Positions 9,216 through 19,593 of a stretch of 42,163 nucleotides of DNA are shown piece by piece. The translations under genes were made by a program, and so were the position numbers. Source of the DNA: a virus (Duplodnaviria; Heunggongvirae; Uroviricota; Caudoviricetes); IMG/VR virus record IMGVR_UViG_2728369608_000007. One strand, given 5' to 3'. Below the pieces are notes generated by a model that ran no database searches, had not been told where the DNA came from, and saw only the letters and a list, made by a program, of their open reading frames with translations. Position 1 is the stretch's first letter. The number at the start of each line of letters is the position of its first letter.

Positions 9216-9802
9216 TAGCCGCCCCCCAGTAATGACGCCACGTTACCCGTGATGCTTTTCAGCAGTGAAGTATCTGGAGGCTTTGTGGTTTTGTTGCCGC
9301 TGTTCTGTACCGCCGACGTGCTGGCCCCTTCCTTCATGTTGGTTTTATCCGCGACGGTAATCTGCTGTGTCCGGGAGATAATGACCTCCCTCAGGGTGAG
9401 GACGGCGGACAGGACGTTTTCGGTTGTCTTGTCCGTCGTCACTTCCAGCGCCCGGATCAACATGTTGCTGTACAGCCGTTTACCGGTTACCACATCGAAG
9501 GGGATACGGCTTTCCTGCAGACCCAGTAGCTCCTGATACGTCTGCTGAGGACTCAGGCCGAGCAGGCTGGTAGCCGTCAGGTTACTGGCAAAATCCAGCA
9601 ATGCGCCGCCACCGGCGAAACCAACCTCCATCACCACTTCTGACGGTTTTTTATAGGCATGATCAGCGACAGCGGCCCCGACCTCTACCGGATGCTCTGT
9701 TATTTCAAGCATATCTGTATGCTTCTCTGAAATAACAACACTGGGAACAATCATTCCTATTTTTCTGCTCTGCTGATGAAAAAGTGTAGAGAGAATATCC
9801 AC
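9215..9802 (-). CDS. tail protein
   Basis: 195-aa ORF immediately downstream of the tape measure gene. Confidence 0.5.
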   Translation of the reverse strand: MDILSTLFHQQSRKIGMIVPSVVISEKHTDMLEITEHPVEVGAAVADHAYKKPSEVVMEVGFAGGGALLDFASNLTATSLLGLSPQQTYQELLGLQESRIPFDVVTGKRLYSNMLIRALEVTTDKTTENVLSAVLTLREVIISRTQQITVADKTNMKEGASTSAVQNSGNKTTKPPDTSLLKSITGNVASLLGGG

Positions 9803-11808
9803 TAACCCACCCTCACCTGATTACTTCGCATGACCTGAGCATTTGCAGACTGTTGCCGACGTGCAACCTCATTACCGACAGCGTGCGGATCTCCGCCACC
9901 GTAAATGTGGTAGGTATTTTGCTGGTTAACCTCTGTCACTTTGCCACTAATTCCCGCCACGGCAGCCTTATTAATCAGCTCTCGAGAATAGATATTTCTT
10001 CCATTCTCATGCTGGATAATGCTGCTCATCAATGCTGACATGGTTTGCGGATCGCTCATATTCAGGGCAGCCCGGGGATCCACTCCCAGTCGTTGCGATA
10101 CAGCCCTGATATACGCTGTTGTGTTGTTATTATCAGACGCAGGTGCCCAGGTAGAGATAATTTTCTCCACACTGTTTATTCCCCGTCCGGCGTACAGCAT
10201 TAACTGACGAGCAAGAGCCCGTAATCCATCAAAGGCAGTTTCAAATCTGGCAAATCGCCCGCCCGGGCGTTCAAGAGAAGCCCCTGCCTGACCAGCAAAA
10301 TTAAGGTTTCCCGGATTGTTATTCCGTTCTCCTCGTTTCGTAGCCTGTGCATATTGTTCCGGCTCAGCACCTGGAATATCTGACTGAATATTTGCGCCTT
10401 TTACGGTATGAGGATTACGACCAAAATCGGTATCAATGCCAAGCCAGCGCAATGAATCTCCAATATTTTGTTTCGTGTAATCCCAGGATGACTTCGCACT
10501 GGCACCAATATTTTCGCGATCAGAGTACAAATACGCAGCATAAGCCATCCAGCCTTTTAACCACGGCGGGACCGGCAAACCTGATATTTTCCCGAAAGCC
10601 CCCAGAACCCTGGATACCCAGACACCCGCGATGAATGTACCAAGGATTTCCAGTGCATTTTGCCAGCCGCCAACACCATCTTTTAGTTCCAGAAGGTGAT
10701 CACGAAGCCAGGTGATCGCATCCTTCGCTTTATCTATTGCCGGTTGCCATTTTTCCCAGTCGATAAGACTGTTACCGCCTTCTTTCCATGTTTTGTAGTC
10801 TTCCCACAAGAGACCGAGAGCCACGATCAGACCGGTAATCAGCCCTATAGGTGACATCCAGAAAGTAGAGTTAAGTATCCGCATGGCGACAACCAGACCG
10901 CCGATAACCTCTATCAGGGTTTTCGTTTCGGCATCCAGTTTCCCCCACCACTCGATGATATCTCCGACACCATCGACTATCCGAAATGCTACCCGCCCGA
11001 CTATCTCACCCAGCCAGAGGATCCCCTTTATGACCTTTGTGATGGTGACTTCAATTTTGGGAAAATTTTCAATTATCTTTTTGCGCAGGTTATCAATCTG
11101 CCCCGCCAGTCCGTCCGCAAGATTCGATCCGATTTTGTCCCGCGCCATCCTGGCCATTTCACCGAGCGATTTCAGCGAGGTCATAAACCGGTTTGACGAT
11201 AAGGCAGCCTGATCGGCATTAAATCCGATCGCTTTCACCATTTCTGAATACTGAGCGCTGAACTGCCCCACTCCGCGACGCATAGCCATCAGGGTATTTT
11301 CGTCAATGCCCAGCATCTGCGCATACTGGTTAGCCCGGTAATACGGCATGCTGCTGAGTTTCTGTCCAACGCCCGTAAAGATAGCAGCCATGTCACGCAT
11401 GTTACCGCTGGCATCACGGGTCTGTACGCCCAGGCGATTCAGAAAGCCTTCTGCTCCGGGATTGTTACGAATAAACCGGGAGAGGCTTTCCAGAGAAGAT
11501 CGCGCAGCGTCCACACTGCCGCCAACCTGCGAAACCGCATAGCCAATAGACTGAATTCCCTGGACCGTCGCGCCGGTGCGCTGTGACGCCCAGTAAAGAT
11601 TATCCAGGCCGGAGGCGATCTTAGCCGTGAAGGCCACCACGGACAGCGCAGCCCCTTCAACAGCCAGCCCCATTTTGATGACATTTGCAGTTGTACCGGC
11701 GAGGACAGAACCGAACTTTTTCGCTCCTGCATCATCCACACGGAAGCCAAGCGAGACGAGGAAATCTTTAATAGTTTCAGCGTTCATTATCCTCTCTCCA
11801 TTTCTCAA
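9802..11808 (-). CDS. tail tape measure protein
   Basis: 668-aa protein with long helical/hydrophobic central region; position after the chaperone gene. Confidence 0.85.
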   Translation of the reverse strand: MRNGERIMNAETIKDFLVSLGFRVDDAGAKKFGSVLAGTTANVIKMGLAVEGAALSVVAFTAKIASGLDNLYWASQRTGATVQGIQSIGYAVSQVGGSVDAARSSLESLSRFIRNNPGAEGFLNRLGVQTRDASGNMRDMAAIFTGVGQKLSSMPYYRANQYAQMLGIDENTLMAMRRGVGQFSAQYSEMVKAIGFNADQAALSSNRFMTSLKSLGEMARMARDKIGSNLADGLAGQIDNLRKKIIENFPKIEVTITKVIKGILWLGEIVGRVAFRIVDGVGDIIEWWGKLDAETKTLIEVIGGLVVAMRILNSTFWMSPIGLITGLIVALGLLWEDYKTWKEGGNSLIDWEKWQPAIDKAKDAITWLRDHLLELKDGVGGWQNALEILGTFIAGVWVSRVLGAFGKISGLPVPPWLKGWMAYAAYLYSDRENIGASAKSSWDYTKQNIGDSLRWLGIDTDFGRNPHTVKGANIQSDIPGAEPEQYAQATKRGERNNNPGNLNFAGQAGASLERPGGRFARFETAFDGLRALARQLMLYAGRGINSVEKIISTWAPASDNNNTTAYIRAVSQRLGVDPRAALNMSDPQTMSALMSSIIQHENGRNIYSRELINKAAVAGISGKVTEVNQQNTYHIYGGGDPHAVGNEVARRQQSANAQVMRSNQVRVG

Positions 11809-11964
11809 TGCGTCGCTGGTTATCCGCTTTTACCGCCAGATGGTCATTCAAGAGAGCAATGTCATACAAATCGACAGAGCCATCTTTAAGTGCTGTATAA
11901 GGAATTAACCCGGCGTCAACCGGATTGAGAAGGTAGGACAGCCCGTCCGGCAGGCTGTTAAACG

Positions 11965-12417
11965 TCAGCCCTGTTGCAGGCTCTGCGTCGTGCTGGTAAG
12001 GGGTGTAGGCAAAAAATTTCCCAGCGAATCGGCGACCACCCGCGCCACCAGCTGCAGCATGACCAGCAAGTCAATATCATCAAACATCAGTTCGCCCTGG
12101 GTAAATACCGGCACCCATCCGTCCATATGACGCCGCGATACCACCGCAAGACAGGGATGAATAATCGCATCGGTGTCATCTTCGGTCAGGGAAGACAGTT
12201 CCTCAGCGATACGCGGGAGCATGGTTTCAAACACCGGTTTTAACTGTTCGAATTTCACGGTGTCGATTTTGCCGTCAGCAGGCAAACGGGAGCGAATACT
12301 CCCGAAATCTGACATCATTCCTGCCAGCACCGGCAGAAGTTTGCGGGTCACTTTCAGCTGGTCAAAAACGCTGAGTTTTGCCGTGCGATATTTCACGCCT
12401 TTAATTTCGAATTCCAT
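11965..12417 (-). CDS. tail assembly chaperone (G-like); probable -1 frameshift extension into the 11808-11965 gap
   Basis: 150-aa ORF; 156-nt gap before the tape measure gene with no ATG-initiated ORF on this strand; A-AAT-TTT-TTG slippery-like run about 15 codons before the stop. Confidence 0.65.
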   Translation of the reverse strand: MEFEIKGVKYRTAKLSVFDQLKVTRKLLPVLAGMMSDFGSIRSRLPADGKIDTVKFEQLKPVFETMLPRIAEELSSLTEDDTDAIIHPCLAVVSRRHMDGWVPVFTQGELMFDDIDLLVMLQLVARVVADSLGNFLPTPLTSTTQSLQQG

Positions 12418-12420
12418 GCA

Positions 12421-12861
12421 TTAAAACTCCCCGAGAACCTGGTCAATCTTGCCGCAGTCAAACACCCACGGCATCGTATTACCGGTTTTAGCGTTGGCGT
12501 TATCCGGTTGTTTCTGGAACGCAACACTGCGTGCCGTGATGATGTCGCCGCTGACCTTGTTGCGGATAACGATAACGTTATTCCCCCATGTGGCAGAAGA
12601 CTGGCTCTGTGCGTTATACGCCAGCGACAATTTTTTATTTGTCGGTGATGTCTTCAGAAGGTTAACGGTAATCGTCCCGCTTTTATCTGCATGGAGGCTG
12701 TGCATCACTTCACCATCAGCACCGATGGTCATGGTGTTTTTAGGACCGCCCATCGCAACCACAATCCCCTCTTCAGAACTTGCCGAACCGTACCCGAGGT
12801 CAATCGAACCGGTCGGCCCGGTCAGCGTCGCAGTGACATCCATAAAAGAATAGGTAGACAT
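12421..12861 (-). CDS. tail tube protein
   Basis: 146-aa protein directly downstream of the sheath gene. Confidence 0.7.
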   Translation of the reverse strand: MSTYSFMDVTATLTGPTGSIDLGYGSASSEEGIVVAMGGPKNTMTIGADGEVMHSLHADKSGTITVNLLKTSPTNKKLSLAYNAQSQSSATWGNNVIVIRNKVSGDIITARSVAFQKQPDNANAKTGNTMPWVFDCGKIDQVLGEF

Positions 12862-12871
12862 TCACTTCCCC

Positions 12872-14017
12872 TTAGCGAACAACGTTAATCTGTACGTCAG
12901 CGTAATGAACCGCGCCTGCAAGTTTTATTGCAGCCTGAATCACCGGAGCCTTACGGGCTTCACGTTCTGATTGTGCCTGTTCATCCAGCGGCTGGGCGTA
13001 TACGTAATAACCTTTGGGCAGCGTGTCACCTGATGACAACTGGCCAAGGTCGCCACCGTTCCATACGCCCGGAGCAATCAGTCCATTCTGAACGGCCTGA
13101 TCCAGTGATTTTTCAACATTTGATAACAGTCGGGTAATACCGGCTTCAGTCTGGGGAACCTTCGTGGTGCTGGTATAAAGCAGGTTATAGAGGTTGGTCT
13201 GCACATAATTCTGTAACCAGTCCAGGCCGTGGCGTTCATCAAAGAAATCGCCGTTAGCCATCACTCCCTGCTGGAGGATAGCTGTATCATTCTGGTAGTA
13301 CACGAACACATTGCAGTTTTTTGCATCAAGTGCCGATGCCTGGCTGACTGTCAGTGTTTCATACCCGACACCCGGCTCCTGCTTAAACTTGAGCGTAATC
13401 GCGGTATTACTGCCATTGAAATTAACCGTGAATGCCCGGCCAAATGCAGATAACGCAGCGAATTTATTACCCGATGAATATTGTATAAAACTGCGTGAAT
13501 ATCCGGCGCTTTTCAGTTTTGATGCCAAATCATCTCTGGATGCAGTCTGCAGGCATTTCTCATCGCTTGTCGTAATCGCCAGAATACGGCTTACAGAAGA
13601 GGATTCGATCGCCGCAGCCACTTTCAGCCAGTCTGCATCCGGAATATCTGCATCGTCTGCAATCCCCAGCCCATACCATGAAGTATAATCAAGCATGGCA
13701 TTCACAGCCTGCTCCAGCGTCTCAGGCGTGGCCTGTTCGCTGTCTCCCTTCGTTTTCACCCAACGACCAACAAAAACCTCCTGAGGTTTCGGTGATTGTG
13801 AGAAAAACACCTGCGCAGCTTTATATTCTGGTGATTCCACGCCAAAATCTTTTCCAATATCTTCCGCGGCAGAATAACGGCGAATGCGCTCACTTACCGG
13901 AATGATTGTGGACGGGCCGAGAATGAGTAATGCACCAAAATTTCGCCCTGATGCTGCACGCGGCGACATGATCACATCAACATTAACAACGTTTGATACA
14001 GGCAAGCCCTGTGCCAT
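12872..14017 (-). CDS. tail sheath protein
   Basis: 381-aa protein at the sheath position of a contractile-tail operon. Confidence 0.8.
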   Translation of the reverse strand: MAQGLPVSNVVNVDVIMSPRAASGRNFGALLILGPSTIIPVSERIRRYSAAEDIGKDFGVESPEYKAAQVFFSQSPKPQEVFVGRWVKTKGDSEQATPETLEQAVNAMLDYTSWYGLGIADDADIPDADWLKVAAAIESSSVSRILAITTSDEKCLQTASRDDLASKLKSAGYSRSFIQYSSGNKFAALSAFGRAFTVNFNGSNTAITLKFKQEPGVGYETLTVSQASALDAKNCNVFVYYQNDTAILQQGVMANGDFFDERHGLDWLQNYVQTNLYNLLYTSTTKVPQTEAGITRLLSNVEKSLDQAVQNGLIAPGVWNGGDLGQLSSGDTLPKGYYVYAQPLDEQAQSEREARKAPVIQAAIKLAGAVHYADVQINVVR

Positions 14018-14020
14018 AGC

Positions 14021-14587
14021 TTAATCTCCGAAAAAGATGACTGGTGCTTCCACCAGCGATTTAATACCGTACTCGCGCACAACCTTCCGGCGCAGGCGCA
14101 CCGTCATATCGTAGCGGCGGACCCATTGCTGATTAATAAGTTCAGGGAAGGGAGTCAGACCTGTGTAATCGCCAAGAGACAGCCCCAGCGCATTCAGTGC
14201 TGCATTGTTCTGCGGCACAGATATACCGTCACGAAACCGGGACGCATACACCATCCCCGCCGGTCCATAAAACGAAGCCATACACTCAATCGTTTCATGC
14301 CGCCAGAGCTGAGAGCCATCATCGGTCTGTCTGGTGAATGCCGGACTGTCATCACCTGACCATCCGATAACCCCAAACGCACACCAGTTCGTTTCAACCG
14401 GTAGCAGTGGCGGCTGCTCTTTCTGCCAGCGCGGGCGAACCATCCCGGCAGACAGGCCGGAAACGTTACGCATCCACTGGCTTAACAGCCTGTCGAGCGC
14501 TTCGTCATAATCCGGATCGCCACTGGTTGGTATTAACCATCCGCGCTCTGTACTGGTGTTATTGCTCAACCGGAGTTCCCCCATCAA
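14021..14587 (-). CDS. virion-associated hypothetical protein
   Basis: 188-aa ORF in the head-tail joining region. Confidence 0.5.
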   Translation of the reverse strand: MMGELRLSNNTSTERGWLIPTSGDPDYDEALDRLLSQWMRNVSGLSAGMVRPRWQKEQPPLLPVETNWCAFGVIGWSGDDSPAFTRQTDDGSQLWRHETIECMASFYGPAGMVYASRFRDGISVPQNNAALNALGLSLGDYTGLTPFPELINQQWVRRYDMTVRLRRKVVREYGIKSLVEAPVIFFGD

Positions 14588-14948
14588 ACGGCATCAACTC
14601 ACAATGCGCCTGAACGAATCCGGCACCATACGCTGTATACGGGTCGACGAAAGTCACACGATAATCACGGCCCTGATACGTCACGATATCGGCATCACGG
14701 CCAGTCTGTCCCTGTGTCAGTCGCTCAGTCGTCACAATCAGAATTGCACCACTGATTACCTGCCCGGCCTGCATACGACGGTTTTCCAGAGAGCGATCAA
14801 CAGTTACGACTCCGGCAAACTGCTTTTTAACTTCACTGTCGCTGCCGATCCCGTCCTCATCCACCGTTTGCACTCGGCGTGTTACCCACAAATTGAAGCC
14901 GCAAAAATCGGGGTCAAAAAGCACATCTGTTACATCAAGAGTCGGCAT
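14559..14948 (-). CDS. hypothetical protein (head-tail joining region)
   Basis: 129-aa ORF, overlapping neighbours. Confidence 0.5.
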   Translation of the reverse strand: MPTLDVTDVLFDPDFCGFNLWVTRRVQTVDEDGIGSDSEVKKQFAGVVTVDRSLENRRMQAGQVISGAILIVTTERLTQGQTGRDADIVTYQGRDYRVTFVDPYTAYGAGFVQAHCELMPFDGGTPVEQ

Positions 14949-15489
14949 CTTTATCCCTCACTACATGGGTAATAGCTCTGCGATATTGCCCGGTGTCAAT
15001 TAATGGTTTCGCCAGATCGGTTCCGGGAGATTCGCCAGCAACACGCCGGGCAAGTTCCAGTGTTGCCCCCTTGCGCCCCCGACGAGCCCGGGCTTCAACA
15101 GTGCTGTCAGCAAGCGGCGTAAAGCCGGTAATAGTCATGTAACGCCTGACGCCATTAGCGGCCAGCGTTCCGGCACGGTTGAGTGCGCGTTCTGCTCCCG
15201 CAGCATTACCATCAAGAGCAGCCTGCGCCGCGGTTTTGAGCTGCGGCACCGTCTGCTCTTCTGCCGATTTAACGCCGGGGACCAGGTGAGGTCGTGGCGG
15301 GATGTTCTGCTCTGGTGAGCCGTATTCGTTGAGGTAACCGATGCCCGCATTACCAAACGGAACATCATCCCGCCCGCTGTCTTCCGAAGGGATGCCGACC
15401 AGCACATCTTTTTTGGTTAACGACCTGAGCGCATCCAGAATGGCCTTAGCGTTATCCACCCTCGTTGTTACACCGCTTTTGAAACTCAT
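14935..15489 (-). CDS. hypothetical protein (head-tail joining region)
   Basis: 184-aa ORF. Confidence 0.5.
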   Translation of the reverse strand: MSFKSGVTTRVDNAKAILDALRSLTKKDVLVGIPSEDSGRDDVPFGNAGIGYLNEYGSPEQNIPPRPHLVPGVKSAEEQTVPQLKTAAQAALDGNAAGAERALNRAGTLAANGVRRYMTITGFTPLADSTVEARARRGRKGATLELARRVAGESPGTDLAKPLIDTGQYRRAITHVVRDKDADS

Positions 15490-15893
15490 AGCTGGCGACC
15501 GCCTGCACCGAACATCGTGATCAACTGATAAAATTCAGCGCCATATCGGGTGTTATTCCAGAAACCTGCATCAGGATTCAGCGTCGCGCTGGTGTCATAG
15601 CTGACGCTTACCTTGTCAACGGACTTTGAGGACTGAACACCATTGGTTGAACCGCCCGGCCCGCCAGCCAGCATCGCCCGGCTGTCTGCCGCCCAGAGCG
15701 TCATGTAGTGTGCAACGAACAATCCGGCAAAATACGGAAACAACTTTTTGCCGGTGACGTTTTCGCTCAGCAGTTCATCGGCCAGATTCAGACGAAACTG
15801 GATTTGCGCTTCGGGATATTTGGCAGGGTCAGCAAACTGCGGGAAGTCGCGGCGAAAATCACTTACCGCTGGCAGATTTTGATTCTTTGGCAT
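15486..15893 (-). CDS. putative head-tail connector protein
   Basis: 135-aa ORF downstream of capsid genes. Confidence 0.5.
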   Translation of the reverse strand: MPKNQNLPAVSDFRRDFPQFADPAKYPEAQIQFRLNLADELLSENVTGKKLFPYFAGLFVAHYMTLWAADSRAMLAGGPGGSTNGVQSSKSVDKVSVSYDTSATLNPDAGFWNNTRYGAEFYQLITMFGAGGRQL

Positions 15894-16080
15894 TTTTTAC
15901 CTCGTTACGCGCGTCTGTGGCTTTGCCAACGGATACTTCCGCGTGCGCACGAGTGAACCAGTGCGTGGCAACGTCTTCCTCCACAGCATGACGGCCTTTA
16001 ACAAACTCGCGCCGTGAACCGTCGGGAAGCGTGAGCACAAACGGGGTATGTACGTGTATTACTGCATTATTTTTTGCCAT
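15859..16080 (-). CDS. small hypothetical protein
   Basis: 73-aa ORF between the capsid and connector genes. Confidence 0.4.
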   Translation of the reverse strand: MAKNNAVIHVHTPFVLTLPDGSRREFVKGRHAVEEDVATHWFTRAHAEVSVGKATDARNEVKNAKESKSASGK

Positions 16081-16121
16081 CGGGTCATCCTTAATGGCCC
16101 CGCCAGGGGGCCATGTGGCTG

Positions 16122-17063
16122 TTAAATGCCATCAACGTACGAAATGGTTTCTTTGTACACTGGCTCAACCGCACCCAGCTTGCCGTAGTAAGTGACGATC
16201 TGATACAGACCGCGATACTGCACCGGCACGCTCTGAAGCGGAACCAGCGGGTAGCGAACGTATTTTTTATCGTTGGTGTACGCAACCATGCGATCCTTTT
16301 TCCTCACACCACGGCCTTTCAGCCATTTAACCGCGCGGATATTCAGCGGAACACCGTTCTGGTGATAGCTGATGGTGTTGGTCTGAAGATACGTCAACAG
16401 GGACTGGTTACCCGCAGATGAAACGATGATGCTGGACAACAGAGCAAACTGCTCAGGCGGGATCAGCAAATCACGCGGAACCACAGAGTAACCGGAAGCG
16501 GCCCACGCATCAGACAGCACCTGGTTAATGCTTGCGCGGATTTCGTCCGGTGTTGAGGTTGCCCACGTTTTGGCAGCGTTGTTGACAGGCACGCCGTCCA
16601 GGGTAACAAGGCCTTTCAGGTTTAATGCGGAATCGCCAACATATACCTGTTCATCGTTATCCATCTGCCATTTCAGTTGCATACCGTCATACTTCTGCGT
16701 ATCAATCGGGCGGCCGACCTGCTGAGCAGCCTGCAATTCTATGACCGTCCAGCCAAGTTCCATCCCCCACAGGTTCAGCGGGTTACCGGATTTGCCGATA
16801 TCCACGTTCACGCCAGCAATAGCGGTTGAGTCTTTGCCTACCCAGTTTTTGCCATTCGGATTTGCACCAGTACCCGCAGCGGCGAAGCTGGTATTCGTCC
16901 AGCTGGAAATGTCATCTGCGATAGAGACATCTTCACGCAACTGAATATCGCGGGTCCAGGTGTACCCCACCAGTGGCAGGTTCAGCGTCTGGTCGAGTCG
17001 CTCCAGCTCCCCGATGAGAAAGGCACCAGAGCTGTCAACGGTTGCCTGATCAAAAGTAATCAT
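16122..17063 (-). CDS. major capsid protein
   Basis: 313-aa protein (MITFDQATVDSSGAFLIGELERLDQTL...) at the capsid position after the decoration and scaffold genes. Confidence 0.8.
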   Translation of the reverse strand: MITFDQATVDSSGAFLIGELERLDQTLNLPLVGYTWTRDIQLREDVSIADDISSWTNTSFAAAGTGANPNGKNWVGKDSTAIAGVNVDIGKSGNPLNLWGMELGWTVIELQAAQQVGRPIDTQKYDGMQLKWQMDNDEQVYVGDSALNLKGLVTLDGVPVNNAAKTWATSTPDEIRASINQVLSDAWAASGYSVVPRDLLIPPEQFALLSSIIVSSAGNQSLLTYLQTNTISYHQNGVPLNIRAVKWLKGRGVRKKDRMVAYTNDKKYVRYPLVPLQSVPVQYRGLYQIVTYYGKLGAVEPVYKETISYVDGI

Positions 17064-17074
17064 TCGTCTGTTCC

Positions 17075-17581
17075 TTAAATCTTCCAGGAAATTTCTGCAT
17101 TGCCGTCAGCATCACCGGCACCTGTGAATTCAGCGTTGGTCAGCACCACATTTTTGCCACTGACTGACGTGGACATGAATCCCCCCAGCGGCACTTTGAT
17201 GGATTCATCAGTGGAGACGACAACGTATACCGGGTCGCCTTTTTTGATGGTGCTGGCATCAAAATCAGAACCGAGATTAACAGTCACGTAGCCACGCTTC
17301 ATGGCGTCGCCCGGGAAGTTCTTGCCTGTTCCCACCTGGCGAACCATGTCCGGCTGCGACGTGGTCGGATAAGGGCGCACGTAGATCCCCTTTACCTTGT
17401 CTGCGGTATCACCATCTGCCAGCGGCACGAAAAAACCGTCATCATCGTATTTACCAGCCAGGCCATAGGCAGCGAAGGCGTTATCGGATTTAAGGACCAC
17501 CGGTTCGACGGTTAAGTCCTGCGGGCGAGAGACAGCCCCGGCAATGCCAACAGGCATCCGGTACAGAAATACATTATTCAT
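17075..17581 (-). CDS. head decoration / structural protein
   Basis: 168-aa ORF immediately upstream of the major capsid gene. Confidence 0.6.
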   Translation of the reverse strand: MNNVFLYRMPVGIAGAVSRPQDLTVEPVVLKSDNAFAAYGLAGKYDDDGFFVPLADGDTADKVKGIYVRPYPTTSQPDMVRQVGTGKNFPGDAMKRGYVTVNLGSDFDASTIKKGDPVYVVVSTDESIKVPLGGFMSTSVSGKNVVLTNAEFTGAGDADGNAEISWKI

Positions 17582-17584
17582 TTT

Positions 17585-18805
17585 TTACCCTTTACGGTTT
17601 GCCCAGAATTCAGCGTTTTGTTTGTTCAGGGAAGCGATACTGGTCATGCCCATGTTTAGGCGCTGTGCATCGCCGGTGGTGGCGCGGGTGTTTCGCCCTT
17701 TGGCAATCTCAGACACGGCATTAAACGCCATGTCGACCGATTGTTTCGGCAATTTGCGGATATCCGCATCACCGACAATCTGGCGAACCAGCGTTTTATC
17801 TGCGGAAGCCAGAACCTCGCGTTTGAACTCGGTCGGTTTCATCTTACGGCTCAGATCGATACCCGGAACGATAACTTCGGCACGCCAGGCTGAGTCACCA
17901 GTAATCGTGGTTTCCTCTTCATCGTCCTCGCCGTCACCGGTCGGATTATCGTCAGGCTTATTATCGTTATCGCCCGTGGCATTTCCTTCCAGCTTAGCCA
18001 GCAGGGCTTTCAGTAATGTTTTGAGGTCATCATCACTGTCGCCGGTTGGACCTCCACCCATCTCTGGTGCTTTGTCCGGTAGTGGTTGCTGCGGGGACAG
18101 GTTGATGTTGAGATTAACGCCCTGCGGCAAATCCCCCTCATCTCCTGTAACCGATGCGGGAGCCGACTCCACCAGTTCGTTCATGGTGTCGGCATCTCCT
18201 GTCTTGATGGCTGCACGCATGCGGTTCCACCAGTTTTTCTTTTGATTTGCCATTGTGTCTCTGTCTCCAATTGCACAACGATTTCCGGCTCTGCCTTTGG
18301 GGACAAGAGCCACATGGTTTCCGGTAATATCGACCTGCCCGGCTTTACCTGGCTCGGTCTGCTCGTACTCCGCGTCATAGCCGCACGACACTTCTCGCAG
18401 GCCATCTTCGATAAGCTGAATGGCGTTTTCGTCTTTGACGATAAGGTCAGCCAGCATCAAATCAGACTGCTCACCCGTCCCGCGCCGGACATTCTGGAGG
18501 TGCCCGACAGCAAGCTCTTTCCAGTTCTCGGGATTTACCAGCCGCACATTCCCGTTTTCATCTTCAGGATGCAGGATCGTGATGCTCATCCCTTCGAATG
18601 AGGCGAGCGTGGCCGGATGGAATACCTGCTCAGGAGAACGCGTGACGACTATTTCACCGAACTTATCGGGTTTCAGTTTTGGCAGGTCATCAGCACCATA
18701 GAGCTGCTTACCTGTTCGTCCTATCGGCACGTCTTTGCACAGCAACGAGCCGTCAGCCAGCTGATAGCGGGTTTCCCCCAGCCGGGTATTGAAAAAATAT
18801 TTCAT
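17585..18805 (-). CDS. putative head scaffolding protein (or prohead protease)
   Basis: 406-aa protein with highly acidic low-complexity central region, between morphogenesis and capsid genes. Confidence 0.6.
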   Translation of the reverse strand: MKYFFNTRLGETRYQLADGSLLCKDVPIGRTGKQLYGADDLPKLKPDKFGEIVVTRSPEQVFHPATLASFEGMSITILHPEDENGNVRLVNPENWKELAVGHLQNVRRGTGEQSDLMLADLIVKDENAIQLIEDGLREVSCGYDAEYEQTEPGKAGQVDITGNHVALVPKGRAGNRCAIGDRDTMANQKKNWWNRMRAAIKTGDADTMNELVESAPASVTGDEGDLPQGVNLNINLSPQQPLPDKAPEMGGGPTGDSDDDLKTLLKALLAKLEGNATGDNDNKPDDNPTGDGEDDEEETTITGDSAWRAEVIVPGIDLSRKMKPTEFKREVLASADKTLVRQIVGDADIRKLPKQSVDMAFNAVSEIAKGRNTRATTGDAQRLNMGMTSIASLNKQNAEFWANRKG

Positions 18806-18819
18806 GTGTTACCTGCGAT

Positions 18820-19593
18820 TCAGGCGGGATAAGAATGGGAGGTGGGAAAAACGATTTCTTTATAACAGCGGCAATTCGGGAGCTCGCCAGCGTGACCGGT
18901 CATGCCATCAAGCGTTGGAGGTTTGCCCCATTCGACAAATTTACCTTCCATTTCCCGATGAGAATGCCTGACGTCACCATCTTCGGCTGTACGCCAGATA
19001 TAACCATTCGAACCAATTGCCAGCGCACGCGCCTGATCCAGCGCGCCGGTTGCACGTCCAAGTTCAGTACGGGCAATCAGGTCAGCTCTGGACTTTGCTA
19101 TATCACCCGATGCGGCTATTTCTTTAGCAAAATGTTCCGCTCTCCCACCGGTCACAACAGCTTCAATCGCCCGATTCTGGATGTCGTACACCCTGTCAGC
19201 CGCCTCGAGGGGTAGCGATTTAATGTACTTAACCTGTTCAGCAACGATGGATTTCATCACCTGCCCTGGCGGGGCACTGTTTACCAGATTGCGTAGCTCA
19301 CGGCTGATGGTTTTGCTGTGTTTACGCCACTGCTCATCATTCTTGCGCACAATATCGGCGGTAAAGTTTTCCGCGACCTTTGTCGCCCAGGGGGTGATGA
19401 TTTCACTGTAGCGCTCCAGCGCCTCAATAATTTCCGTGATACTGTCATTTGAACCATCGTAGTGACCATTTACGATGTCCCCGACCGCCCGCGCTATCCT
19501 GCGTAGGCTGGTTCGATACCGGATTTCCGCCTGACGGTTCCTGCGGTTCGTCATCAGGTTCGCCGATGCCGGGCGGCGCTTCATCTTCGGCAT
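18820..19593 (-). CDS. head morphogenesis protein (Mu F / SPP1 gp7-like)
   Basis: C-terminal GHAGELPNCRC motif characteristic of the MuF family; true start probably downstream of the annotated ORF start because of the overlap with the portal ORF. Confidence 0.8.
   Translation of the reverse strand: MPKMKRRPASANLMTNRRNRQAEIRYRTSLRRIARAVGDIVNGHYDGSNDSITEIIEALERYSEIITPWATKVAENFTADIVRKNDEQWRKHSKTISRELRNLVNSAPPGQVMKSIVAEQVKYIKSLPLEAADRVYDIQNRAIEAVVTGGRAEHFAKEIAASGDIAKSRADLIARTELGRATGALDQARALAIGSNGYIWRTAEDGDVRHSHREMEGKFVEWGKPPTLDGMTGHAGELPNCRCYKEIVFPTSHSYPA

Noticed and set aside
11627-11908. 93-aa plus-strand ORF in the gap between the chaperone and tape measure genes
   Set aside because: Opposite strand to the whole tail operon; the gap is better explained by the -1 frameshift extension of the chaperone.
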